Positions 26,507 to 39,000 of a stretch of DNA of 64,000 bases are shown piece by piece; the first letter of the stretch is position 1, and each line of letters opens with the position of its first letter. The notes below the pieces were generated by a model that made no database searches, was not told where the DNA came from, and was given only the letters and a program-made list of their open reading frames with translations. Made by a program: the position numbers and the translations under genes. The stretch comes from Nemertoderma westbladi (Eukaryota > Animalia > Xenacoelomorpha), in assembly GCA_032718475.1 (NCBI GenBank), contig JAUCBJ010003580.1, forward strand, positions 24,027 to 88,026. The letters run 5' to 3'.

Positions 26507-26731
26507 ACTATTTACATACTGGTACTGGTTTGGTAGCTTTTCGGTTTTCACTTTTCGGTTTGTTGTTATAATTAGTTTGTTACTAAGAACGAAGGTACCG
26601 AGGAATAGAACAATTAAAATCGTTTTCTAACAATAATTAGTTTAATTGTAAATTTTAAAACTTTGGAATAACTGGTGTTTGAAAACTTCATGTGGAATAT
26701 TTGAAATCGTACTGTTACTGTATTAATATAG

Positions 26732-26931
26732 GGGTTTCCATAGTGACCAGACGACTCGATTAATGATGCACCGCGCTAAACGAATGAACGCTCCGAGGGG
26801 GTCTTCTAAGAATACTTTGGACGCTAAACAAAGACTCGCGTTATTCAGAAAGTTAGAAACTTTCAACTCAAATCGAACCGGAACTATAACCAAATCGAAA
26901 GCCGTAACTAATCGAGTCAGTTACTTTAGCC
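26732..26931 (+). CDS. LRRIQ1: LRRIQ1-like exon (W)GFHSDQTTRLMMHRAKRM...DAKQRLALFRK
   Basis: Acceptor tAG at 26730-26731 and donor C|GTAAGT at 26932. Joined to the previous exon it gives KISQEWGF..T..LM..RAKRM and RLALF, which match the conserved C-terminal block of vertebrate LRRIQ1 as recalled (KISEEWGF...MLKRAQKM, RLALF). Confidence 0.8.
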
Positions 26932-27180
26932 GTAAGTTAATTATTATTCGCCAACTACCTGAGTCATTTCATTATTTATCACAGGAAATAGGGGGTGCTG
27001 GCATGCCTGCCTATATACATCGGTGTTAGAGAAACTCTACCCACAAATCAATTAAATTAGATTCACCGTTGTTCACTAGTTGGCATTTTAAAACTTTTAC
27101 AACAACATTATTCGTTTGTTATTGGCGCCCTCGATGTGTTATTAATAATTTAATGGCATCAATCAAGCTGATCAAAAGCG

Positions 27181-30100
27181 TGGGACTTTCCGTCGGATCT
27201 ATTTCTCAACCACATGGGACTTTCCGTCGGATCTATTTCTCAACCACATGGGACTTTACGTCGGATCTATTTCTCAACCACATGGGACTTTACGTCGGAT
27301 CTATTTCTCAACCACATGGGACTTTACGTCGGATCTATTTCTCAACCACATGGGACTTTATGTCGGATCTATTTCTTAACCACATGGGACTTTATGTCGG
27401 ATCTATTTCTCAACCACATGGGACTTGCCGTCGGATCTATTTCTCAACCACATGGGACTTTCCGTCGGATCTATTTCTCAACCACATGGGACTTTCCGTC
27501 GGATCTATTTCTCAACCACATGGGACTTTCCGTTGGATCTATTTCTCAACCACATGGGACTTTCCGTCGGATCTATTTCTCAACCACATGGGACTTTCCG
27601 TCGGATCTATTTCTCAACCACATGGGACTTTCCGTCGGATCTATTTCTCAACCACATGGGACTTTCCGTCGGATCTATTTCTCAGCCACATGGGACTTTC
27701 CGTCGGATCTATTTCTCAGCCACATGGGACTTTCCGTCGGATCTATTTCTCAACCACATGGGACTTTCTGTCGGATCTATTTCTCAACCACATGGGACTT
27801 TCCGTCGGATCTATTTCTCAACCACATGGGACTTTCCGTCGGATCTATTTCTCAACCACATGGGACTTTCCGCGGATCTATTTCTCAACCACATGGGACT
27901 TTCCGTCGGATCTATTTCTCAACCACATGGGACTTTCCGTCGGATCTATTTCTCAACCACATGGGACTTTCCGTCGGATCTATTTCTCAACCACATGGGA
28001 CTTTACGTCGGATCTATTTCTCAACCACATGGGACTTTACGTCGGATCTATTTCTCAACCACATGGGACTTTACGTCGGATCTATTTCTCAACCACATGG
28101 GACTTTCCGTCGGATCTATTTCTCAACCACATGGGACTTTCCGTCGGATCTATTTCTCAACCACATGAGACTTCCCGTCGGATCTATTTCTCAACCACAT
28201 GGGACTTTCCGTCGGATCTATTTCTCAACCACATGGGACTTTCCGTCGGATCTATTTCTCAGCCACATGGGACTTTCCATCGGATCTATTTCTCAGCCAC
28301 ATGGGACTTTCCGTCGGATCTATTTCTCAACCACATGGGACTTTCTGTCGGATCTATTTCTCAACCACATGGGACTTTCCGTCGGATCTATTTCTCAACC
28401 ACATGGGACTTTCCGTCGGATCTATTTCTCAGCCACATGGGACTTTCCGTCGGATCTATTTCTCAGCCACATGGGACTTTCCGTCGGATCTATTTCTCAA
28501 CCACATGGGACTTTCTGTCGGATCTATTTCTCAACCACATGGGACTTTCCGTCGGATCTATTTCTCAACCACATGGGACTTTCCGTCGGATCTATTTCTC
28601 AGCCACATGGGACTTTCCGTCGGATCTATTTCTCAGCCACATGGGACTTTACGTCGGATCTATTTCTCAACCACATGGGACTTTCCGTCGGATCTATTTC
28701 TCAACCACATGGGACTTTCCGTCGGATCTATTTCTCAACCACATGGGACTTTCCGTCGGATCTATTTCTCAACCACATGGGACTTTCCGTCGGATCTATT
28801 TCTCAACCACATGGGACTTTCCGTCGGATCTATTTCTCAACCACATGGGACTTTCCGTCGGATCTATTTCTCAACCACATGGGACTTTCCGTCGGATCTA
28901 TTTCTCAACCACATGGGACTTTCTGTCGGATCTATTTCTCAACCACATGGGACTTTCCATCGGATCTATTTCTCAACCACATGGGACTTTCCGTCGGATC
29001 TATTTCTCAACCACATGGGACTTTCCGTCGGATCTATTTCTCAACCACATGGGACTTTCCGTCGGATCTATTTCTCAACCACATGGGACTTTCCGTCGGA
29101 TCTATTTCTCAACCACATGGGACTTTCCGTCGGATCTATTTCTCAACCACATGGGACTTTCCGTCGGATCTATTTCTCAACCACATGGGACTTTCCGTCG
29201 GATCTATTTCTCAACCACATGGGACTTTCCGTCGGATCTATTTCTCAACCACATGGGACTTTCCGTCGGATCTATTTCTCAACCACATGGGACTTTCCGT
29301 CGGATCTATTTCTCAACCACATGGGACTTTCCGTCGGATCTATTTCTCAACCACATGGGACTTTCCGTCGGATCTATTTCTCAACCACATGGGACTTTCC
29401 GTCGGATCTATTTCGCAACCACATGGGACTTTCCGTCGGATCTATTTCTCAACCACATGGGACTTTCCGTCGGATCTATTTCTCAACCACATGGGACTTT
29501 CCGTCGGATCTATTTCTCAACCACATGGGACTTTCCGTCGGATCTATTTCTCAACCACATGGGACTTTCCGTCGGATCTATTTCTCAACCACATGGGACT
29601 TTCCGTCGGATCTATTTCTCAGCCACATGGGACTTTCCGTCGGATCTATTTCTCAACCACATGGGACTTTCTGTCGGATCTATTTCTCAACCACATGGGA
29701 CTTTCCGTCGGATCTATTTCTCAACCACATGGGACTTTCCGTCGGATCTATTTCTCAACCACATGGGACTTTCCGTCGGATCTATTTCTCAACCACATGG
29801 GACTTTCCGTCGGATCTATTTCTCAACCACATGGGACTTTCCGTCGGATCTATTTCTCAACCACATGGGACTTTCCGTCGGATCTATTTCTCAACCACAT
29901 GGGACTTTCCGTCGGATCTATTTCTCAACCACATGGGACTTTCCGTCGGATCTATTTCTCAACCACATGGGACTTTCCGTCGGATCTATTTCTCAACCAC
30001 ATGGGACTTTCCGTCGGATCTATTTCTCAACCACATGGGACTTTCCGTCGGATCTATTTCTCAACCACATGGGACTTTCCGTCGGATCTATTTCTCAACC

Positions 30101-32786
30101 ACATGGGACTTTCCGTCGGATCTATTTCTCAACCACATGGGACTTTCCGTCGGATCTATTTCTCAACCACATGGGACTTTCCGTCGGATCTATTTCTCAA
30201 CCACATGGGACTTTCCGTCGGATCTATTTCTCAACCACATGGGACTTTCGGTCGGATCTATTTCTCAACCACATGGGACTTTCCGTCGGATCTATTTCTC
30301 AACCACATGGGACTTTCCGTCGGATCTATTTCTCAACCACATGGGACTTTCCGTCGGATCTATTTCTCAACCACATGGGACTTTCCGTCGGATCTATTTC
30401 TCAACCACATGGGACTTTCCGTCGGATCTATTTCTCAACCACATGGGACTTTCCGTCGGATCTATTTCTCAACCACATGGGACTTTCCGTCGGATCTATT
30501 TCTCAACCACATGGGACTTTCCGTCGGATCTATTTCTCAACCACATGGGACTTTCCGTCGGATCTATTTCTCAACCACATGGGACTTTCCGTCGGATCTA
30601 TTTCTCAACCACATGGGACTTTCCGTCGGATCTATTTCTCAACCACATGGGACTTTCCGTCGGATCTATTTCTCAACCACATGGGACTTTCCGTCGGATC
30701 TATTTCTCAACCACATGGGACTTTCCGTCGGATCTATTTCTCAACCACATGGGACTTTCCGTCGGATCTATTTCTCAACCACATGGGACTTTCCGTCGGA
30801 TCTATTTCTCAACCACATGGGACTTTCCGTCGGATCTATTTCTCAACCACATGGGACTTTCCGTCGGATCTATTTCTCAACCACATGGGACTTTCCGTCG
30901 GATCTATTTCTCAACCACATGGGACTTTCCGTCGGATCTATTTCTCAACCACATGGGACTTTCCGTCGGATCTATTTCTCAACCACATGGGACTTTCCGT
31001 CGGATCTATTTCTCAACCACATGGGACTTTCCGTCGGATCTATTTCTCAACCACATGGGACTTTCCGTCGGATCTATTTCTCAACCACATGGGACTTTCC
31101 GTCGGATCTATTTCTCAACCACATGGGACTTTCCGTCGGATCTATTTCTCAACCACATGGGACTTTCCGTCGGATCTATTTCTCAACCACATGGGACTTT
31201 CCGTCGGATCTATTTCTCAACCACATGGGACTTTCCGTCGGATCTATTTCTCAACCACATGGGACTTTCCGTCGGATCTATTTCTCAACCACATGGGACT
31301 TTCCGTCGGATCTATTTCTCAACCACATGGGACTTTCCGTCGGATCTATTTCTCAACCACATGGGACTTTCCGTCGGATCTATTTCTCAACCACATGGGA
31401 CTTTCCGTCGGATCTATTTCTCAACCACATGGGACTTTCCGTCGGATCTATTTCTCAACCACATGGGACTTTCCGTCGGATCTATTTCTCAACCACATGG
31501 GACTTTCCGTCGGATCTATTTCTCAACTACATGGGACTTTCCGTCGGATCTATTTCTCAACCACATGAGACTTTCCGTCGGATCTATTTCTCAACCACAT
31601 GGGACTTTCCGTCGGATCTATTTCTCAACCACATGGGACTTTCCGTCGGATCTATTTCTCAACCACATGGGACTTTACGTCGGATCTATTTCTCAACCAC
31701 ATGGGACTTTACGTCGGATCTATTTCTCAACCACATGGGACTTTCCGTCGGATCTATTTCTCAACCACACGGGACTTTCCGTCGGATCTATTTCTCAACC
31801 ACATGGGACTTTCCGTCGGATCTATTTCTCAACCACATGGGACTTTCCGTTGGATCTATTTCTCAACCACATGCGACTTTCCGTCGGATCTATTTCTCAA
31901 CCACATGGGACTTTCCGTCGGATCTATTTCTCAACCACATGGGACTTTCCGTCGGATCTATTTCTCAACCACATGGGACTTTCCGTCGGATCTATTTCTC
32001 AACCACATGGGACTTTCCGTCGGATCTATTTCTCAACCACATGGGACTTTCCGTCGGATCTATTTCTCAACCACATGGGACTTTCCGTCGGATCTATTTC
32101 TCAGCCACATGGGACTTTCCGTCGGATCTATTTCTCAACCACATGGGACTTTCCGTCGGATCTATTTCTCAACCACATGGGACTTTCCGTCGGATCTATT
32201 TCTCAACCACATGGGACTTTCCGTCGGATCTATTTCTCAACCACATGGGACTTTCCGTCGGATCTATTTCTCAACCACATGGGACTTTCCGTCGGATCTA
32301 TTTCTCAACCACATGGGACTTTCCGTCGGATCTATTTCTCAACCACATGGGACTTGCCGTCGGATCTATTTCTCAACCACATGGGACTTTCCGTCGGATC
32401 TATTTCTCAACCACATGGGACTTTCCGTCGGATCTATTTCTCAACCACATGGGACTTTCCGTCGGATCTATTTCTCAACCACATGGGACTTTCCGTCGGA
32501 TCTATTTCTCAACCACATGGGACTTTCCGTCGGATCTATTTCTCAACCACATGGGACTTGCCGTCGGATCTATTTCTCAACCACATGGGACTTTCCGTCG
32601 GATCTATTTATCAACCACATGGGACTTTCCGTCGGATCTATTTCTCAACCACATGGGACTTTCCGTCGGATCTATTTCTCAACCACATGGGACTTTCCGT
32701 CGGATCTATTTCTCAACCACATGGGACTTTCCGTCGGATCTATTTCTCAACCACATGGGACTTTCCGTCGGATCTATTTCTCAACC
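27181..32786. repeat. 34 bp satellite, ~165 copies
   Basis: Unit tgggactttccgtcggatctatttctcaaccaca. The centre is highly homogeneous and variants cluster toward the edges. Confidence 0.97.
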
Positions 32787-32879
32787 GATTTATATTTATT
32801 TATAAATTGTTAATCTTTCCACTAATTATAATCACCATGAGGCACAATTTATTGTAATATTTTCACCTCGTGATATTTA

Positions 32880-33115
32880 TCACCTCACCAACACCACACC
32901 AACCGCAAACACCACACCAACACCACAACACACATCACCAACACCATACCAACACCTCACCAACACCATACCAACACCTCACCAACACCACACCACACAA
33001 CACCAAACCAATATCTCAACAACACCACACCAACCGCCAACATTTCACCAACACCTCACCAACTCCGCACCCACACTTCATTAATACCACACCAACACAT
33101 CACACAGACCACACA
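32880..33115. repeat. CA-rich low-complexity tract (degenerate CACCA repeats)
   Basis: Directly visible composition bias. Confidence 0.8.
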
Positions 33116-33183
33116 TATATAAATACATAAATATACATATATAAAAAATTGCTGACTCAATAATTTTTTATCCGATTCTGCAG

Positions 33184-33389
33184 ACGATATCCAATCTGAA
33201 GCTGATATCGCCGCGAATAAACGGAGCTACACTTACAAGTGGTTGAACACAGTAGCGCCATCTACTGGCGAAGAAACAGCAGCATCAATACCAACCAATC
33301 AGCAGCCGTTGTTTCTTCGCAGCGGGAAACCCAGAGTTTTACCTCAACCAATCGATAAACGGCGTCTCTCATTGGACGCCAGGGAACTT
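33184..33389 (+). CDS. LRRIQ1: LRRIQ1-like exon containing YTYKWL motif
   Basis: Acceptor ttctgcAG ending at 33183 and donor CTT|GTAAGT at 33390. The phase-1 join is in frame. KRSYTYKWLNT resembles the recalled LRRIQ1 motif YTYQWLHT. Confidence 0.75.
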
Positions 33390-33488
33390 GTAAGTACAAC
33401 AACAACGTATTCCGGCATTGCCGGTATTCCGACTACATTAAAACTCTATTGGCAAAAATATAATTATTTAATAATTTTCTGCTTTTAG

Positions 33489-33603
33489 AGTCAAAGTAAC
33501 TCAGCAATAGATGTATTGAGTGTAAACAGCCACTCAGAAAACACCTCACGATATGGCAACCAATCAAGCAATAGAACATTCTCAGCTGAAGCATTGTTGT
33601 CAC
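33489..33603 (+). CDS. LRRIQ1: Probable further LRRIQ1-like exon (SQSNSAIDVLSVNSHSE...)
   Basis: Acceptor ttttAG ending at 33488 and donor C|GTAAGT at 33604. In frame, after a 99 bp intron. The terminal exon could not be identified with confidence. Confidence 0.6.
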
Positions 33604-33734
33604 GTAAGTCTGCTAATCACCTTTTATTTATGTTATATATTATTTTAATTTAAAACTTTATAAATTCAGGTTTCTTAACGAATCCCAAAAAATATTATTA
33701 TAACTTTTGTTGGTCACGTTAGCAAAGTCGGCAA

Positions 33735-33790
33735 TGACGTCCAGGTGGGATCGAACTGGTGACCTCCTAGTCGGAAGTCTGACTGCCAAT
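33735..33790 (-). other. tRNA-like fragment (T-arm/B box only), probably SINE-derived
   Basis: The minus strand reads ggtcaccaGTTCGATCCcacctggacgtca. No intact D-arm is seen. Confidence 0.35.
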
Positions 33791-34112
33791 TTTGACTAGA
33801 AGCCAATTTTGAAAATAATCTGTGATGGACTGCTACACATTGACATCCCTCGCGCAATACGAGCCGAACTCTGCACCTCCAAATGGTTAAATTATAAGAA
33901 AAAGTAATGGAAGCACAATAATAAAAGTGTTACAAGGTAACCTTGTAACACTTTCAATAATGAATAATTCTTACTTTGAACTGTTTATGTTTAATAAAGC
34001 CAGGGGAAGGCCTCTACGAGAGGCTGAAATCTCGCTGTAATAATACCCTTTATTTTTGGTACATCTGTCGGTGGGTGTAGACCTTGAAACACATTTGATA
34101 TGTTTTACTTTG

Positions 34113-34479
34113 AAAGTGGAGAGTCTTGCGCGTCTTTTGACACTACAATTAACTAATTAATTATAACGTGGATTGATAAAATGCTGTTCGCAATTGCAAA
34201 CCGGTATGCAAGCACTAGCGCTATTACAGCTTACTTCATTAAGTTGGGTTTACCGGTGGGTGACCGGTACACATGTTTAGGTCCGCGTAGCGAGAACTGT
34301 AATATTCACCCCGTTGTTATTGTTGGTGTTGTTGTTTTTAATTTCCAATTAGCTTTTCCGCGTAGCGAGACCTCTAGTATTGACTTAAGTTGTTGTTGTT
34401 ATAAGGCTTCATACGGCACAGTAGTGGCGTTGTTTCGTAATGTAATTGTAGTGTCAAAAGACGCGCAAGACTCCGCTTT
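34113..34479. mobile_element. MITE-like element with ~31-38 bp terminal inverted repeats
   Basis: gagtcttgcgcgtcttttgacactacaatta (34121-34151) is the inverse of taattgtagtgtcaaaagacgcgcaagactc (34443-34473). No coding capacity is evident. Confidence 0.75.
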
Positions 34480-34961
34480 GAATTGATACAAGCCACGTGT
34501 GAAATGATTGAGATTTAATGTGTTTTTGAATGGATCGAAAATCACAATCCATACAAACCAAGATAAGAAATATCAGATCAGTTTGTGGTGAATTAAAATT
34601 TGTAGCAGCCAATCACGGCCGATTTTCAAAATTGGCTTCCCGCGCTCACTTAAACCCGCCATTTCGACCGTTTCCTCGTGTTTTTACAAAAAACACACCC
34701 CGCCACTCGATTCAGGGCAACTTCTTACCCCTTAATCATAGCCTAACAATTTTATCGCACAACAACCAAACTGTATTCCACGCAAAAACTGTAATGGCTG
34801 ATTTTTGAAATTTTGTACGATTGCGTGAAATTTGAAATAGAGATATTTTCACCTCCCTCCTCCTCCTTTTTTTCGAGTCTTATCGCTTTAATTATATAGT
34901 TAAAGCGCTCAATATTGTTCATATTCGTGTTGGGCAGGAAAAACTGCTCTAGGAAAGTTAT

Positions 34962-35730
34962 TTTATATTACTTGATGAGCTTCCTATTGGTTGGAGCGTT
35001 CTTTATATTACTTGATGAGCTTCCTATTGGTTGGAGCGTTCTTTATATTACTTGATGAGCTTCCTATTGGTTGGAGCGTTCTTTATATTACTTGATGAGC
35101 TTCCTATTGGTTGGAGCGTTCTTTATATTACTTGATGAGCTTCCTATTGGTTGGAGCGTTCTTTATATTACTTGATGAGCTTCCTATTGGTTGGAGCGTT
35201 CTTTATATTACTTGATGAGCTTCCTATTGGTTGGAGCGTTCTTTATATTACTTGATGAGCTTCCTATTGGTTGGAGCGTTCTTTATATTACTTGATGAGC
35301 TTCCTATTGGTTGGAGCGTTCTTTATATTACTTGATGAGCTTCCTATTGGTTGGAGCGTTCTTTATATTACTTGATGAGCTTCCTATTGGTTGGAGCGTT
35401 CTTTATATTACTTGATGAGCTTCCTATTGGTTGGAGCGTTCTTTATATTACTTGATGAGCTTCCTATTGGTTGGAGCGTTCTTTATATTACTTGATGAGC
35501 TTCCTATTGGTTGGAGCGTTCTTTATATTACTTGATGAGCTTCCTATTGGTTGGAGCGTTCTTTATATTACTTGATGAGCTTCCTATTGGTTGGAGCGTT
35601 CTTTATATTACTTGATGAGCTTCCTATTGGTTGGAGCGTTCTTTATATTACTTGATGAGCTTCCTATTGGTTGGAGCGTTCTTTATATTACTTGATGAGC
35701 TTCCTATTGGTTGGAGCGTTCTTTAAATTA
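34962..35730. repeat. 40 bp minisatellite, ~19 apparently identical copies
   Basis: Unit ctttatattacttgatgagcttcctattggttggagcgtt. Confidence 0.97.
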
Positions 35731-36060
35731 CACGAAGTGGTGCCTTCGCGCAGCACGTGACATAAACGTATGTTAAGTGTCAAGTCGAAAGAATTTTATG
35801 CAAAATTTAAACAGATGTCCCCTAATCACTTTACCTCGTAGAGGCAGACTGGGTAACTGCAGTCAGTCTGAGGTCTAAAATATATGTGCCAGGTATCAAT
35901 CAGGAAGAAAGGATTATAAATAATAATAAGAAATGGCTGAAGCTTTTCATTTCAGACATTTCTAAAATATTTTCATTTATCCCACTAGCGGTAGACTGAA
36001 GAACTGCCGATGGATAACCTTCGCAACAAAGGAGCAGCATATACCTTCCAGAAACATGCA

Positions 36061-39000
36061 GCCAGGTTTCTAGTACATATATGCCAGATTTCTAGTACAT
36101 ATATGCCAGGTTTCTAGTACATATATGCCAGGTTTCTAGTACATATATGCCAGTTTTCTAGTACATATGCCAGGTTTCTAGTACATATATGCCAGTTTTC
36201 TAGTACATATATGCCAGGGTTCTAGTACATATATGCCAGGTTTCTAGTACATATGCCAGGGTTCTAGTACATATATGCCAGGTTTCTAGTACATATATGC
36301 CAGTTTTCTAGTACATATATGCCAGGTTTCTAGTACATATATACCAGGTTTCTAGTACATATATGCCAGTTTTCTAGTACATATGCCAGGTTTCTAGTAC
36401 ATATATGCCAGTTTTCTAGTACATATGCCAGGGTTCTAGTACATATATGCCAGGTTTCTAGTACATATATGCCAGTTTTCTAGTACATATGCCAGGGTTC
36501 TAGTACATATATGCCAGGTTTCTAGTACATATATGCCAGTTTTCTAGTACATATATGCCAGGTTTCTAGTACATATATGCCAGTTTTCTAGTACATATGC
36601 CAGGGTTCTAGTACATATATGCCAGATTTCTAGTACGTATATGCCAGGTTTCTAGTACATATATGCCAGGTTTCTAGTACATATATACCAGGTTTCTAGT
36701 ACATATATGCCAGGTTTCTAGTACATATATACCAGGTTTCTAGTACATATATGCCAGTTTTCTAGTACATATGCCAGGTTTCTAGTACATATATGCCAGT
36801 TTTCTAGTACATATACGCCAGGTTTCTAGTACATATATGCCAGGTTTCTAGTACATATATACCAGGTTTCTAGTACATATATGCCAGTTTTCTAGTATAT
36901 ATATGCCAGGTGTCTAGTACATATATGCCAGTTTTCTAGTACATATGCCAGGTTTCTAGTACATATATGCCAGTTTTCTAGTACATATATGCCAGGTTTC
37001 TAGTACATATATACCAGGTTTCTAGTACATATATGCCAGTTTTCTAGTACATATGCCAGGTTTCTAGTACATATATGCCAGTTTTCTAGTACATATACGC
37101 CAGGTTTCTAGTACATATATGCCAGGTGTCTAGTACATATATGCCAGATTTCTAGTACATATATGCCAGGTTTCCAGTACATATATGCCAGGTTTCTAGT
37201 ACATATATGCCAGTTTTCTAGTACATATATGCCAGGTTTCTAGTACATATATGCCAGGTTTCTAGTACATATATGCCAGTTTTCTAGTACATATGCCAGG
37301 TTTCTAGTACATATATGCCAGTTTTCTAGTACATATGCCAGGGTTCTAGTACATATATGCCAGGTTTCTAGTACATATATGCCAGGTTTCTAGTATATAT
37401 ATGCCAGGTGTCTAGTACATATATGCCAGTTTTCTAGTACATATGCCAGGTTTCTAGTACATATATGCCAGTTTTCTAGTACATATATGCCAGTTTTCTA
37501 GTACATATGCCAGGGTTCTAGTACATATATGCCAGGTTTCTAGTACATATATGCCAGTTTTCTAGTACATATATGCCAGGTTTCTAGTACATATATACCA
37601 GGTTTCTAGTACATATATGCCAGTTTTCTAGTACATATGCCAGGTTTCTAGTACATATATGCCAGGTTTCTAGTACATATATGCCAGGTTTCTAGTACAT
37701 ATATGCCAGGTTTCTAGTACATATATGCCAGTTTTCTAGTACATATGCCAGGGTTCTAGTACATATATGCCAGGTTTCTAGTACATATATGCCAGTTTTC
37801 TAGTACATATATGCCAGGTTTCTAGTACATATATACCAGGTTTCTAGTACATATATGCCAGTTTTCTAGTACATATGCCAGGTTTCTAGTACATATATGC
37901 CAGTTTTCTAGTACATATGCCAGGGTTCTAGTACATATATGCCAGGTTTCTAGTACATATATGCCAGGTTTCTAGTATATATATGCCAGGTGTCTAGTAC
38001 ATATATGCCAGTTTTCTAGTACATATGCCAGGTTTCTAGTACATATATGCCAGTTTTCTAGTACATATATGCCAGGTTTCTAGTACATATATACCAGGTT
38101 TCTAGTACATATATGCCAGTTTTCTAGTACATATGCCAGGTTTCTAGTACATATATGCCAGTTTTCTAGTACATATACGCCAGGTTTCTAGTACATATAT
38201 GCCAGGTGTCTAGTACATATAGGCCTAGTTTTCTAGTACATATGCCAGGTTTCTAGTACATATATGCCAGTTTTCTAGTACATATACGCCAGGTTTCTAG
38301 TACATATATGCCAGGTGTCTAGTACATATATGCCAGGTTTCTAGTGCATATATGCCAGGTTTCTAGTACATATATGCCAGGTTTCTAGTACATATATGCC
38401 AGTTTTCTAGTACATATATGCCAGTTTTCTAGTACATATATGCCAGGTTTCTATTACATATATGCCAGGTTTCTAGTACATATATGCCAGGTTTCTAGTA
38501 CATATATGCCAGGTTTCTAGTACATATGCCAGGTTTCTAGTACATATATGCCAGGTTTCTAGTACATATATGCCAGGTGTCTAGTACATATTGGCCTAGT
38601 TTTCTAGTACATATATGCCAGGTTTCTAGTACATATATGCCAGTTTTCTAGTACATATATGCCCGGTTTCTATTACATATATGCCAGGTTTCTAGTACAT
38701 ATATGCCAGTTTTCTAGTACATATGCCAAGTTTCTAGTACATATATGCCAGTTTTCTAGTACATATATGCCAGGTTTCTAGTACATATATACCAGGTTTC
38801 TAGTACATATATGCCAGTTTTCTAGTACATATGCCAGGTTTCTAGTACATATATGCCAGTTTTCTAGTACATATACGCCAGGTTTCTAGTAGATATATGC
38901 CAGGTGTCTAGTACATATAGGCCTAGTTTTCTAGTACATATGCCAGGTTTCTAGTACATATATGCCAGTTTTCTAGTACATATACGCCAGGTTTCTAGTA

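Noticed and set aside
27069-32857. Giant ORFs of 1499-1863 aa in three frames
   Set aside because: They are translations of a stop-free 34 bp satellite. All frames give the same cyclic peptide, and the region lies inside an intron.
35835-35875. Possible 40 bp minus-strand exon (ttttag...gag|gtaaag)
   Set aside because: Splice-like signals only, with no partner exons or recognisable peptide.
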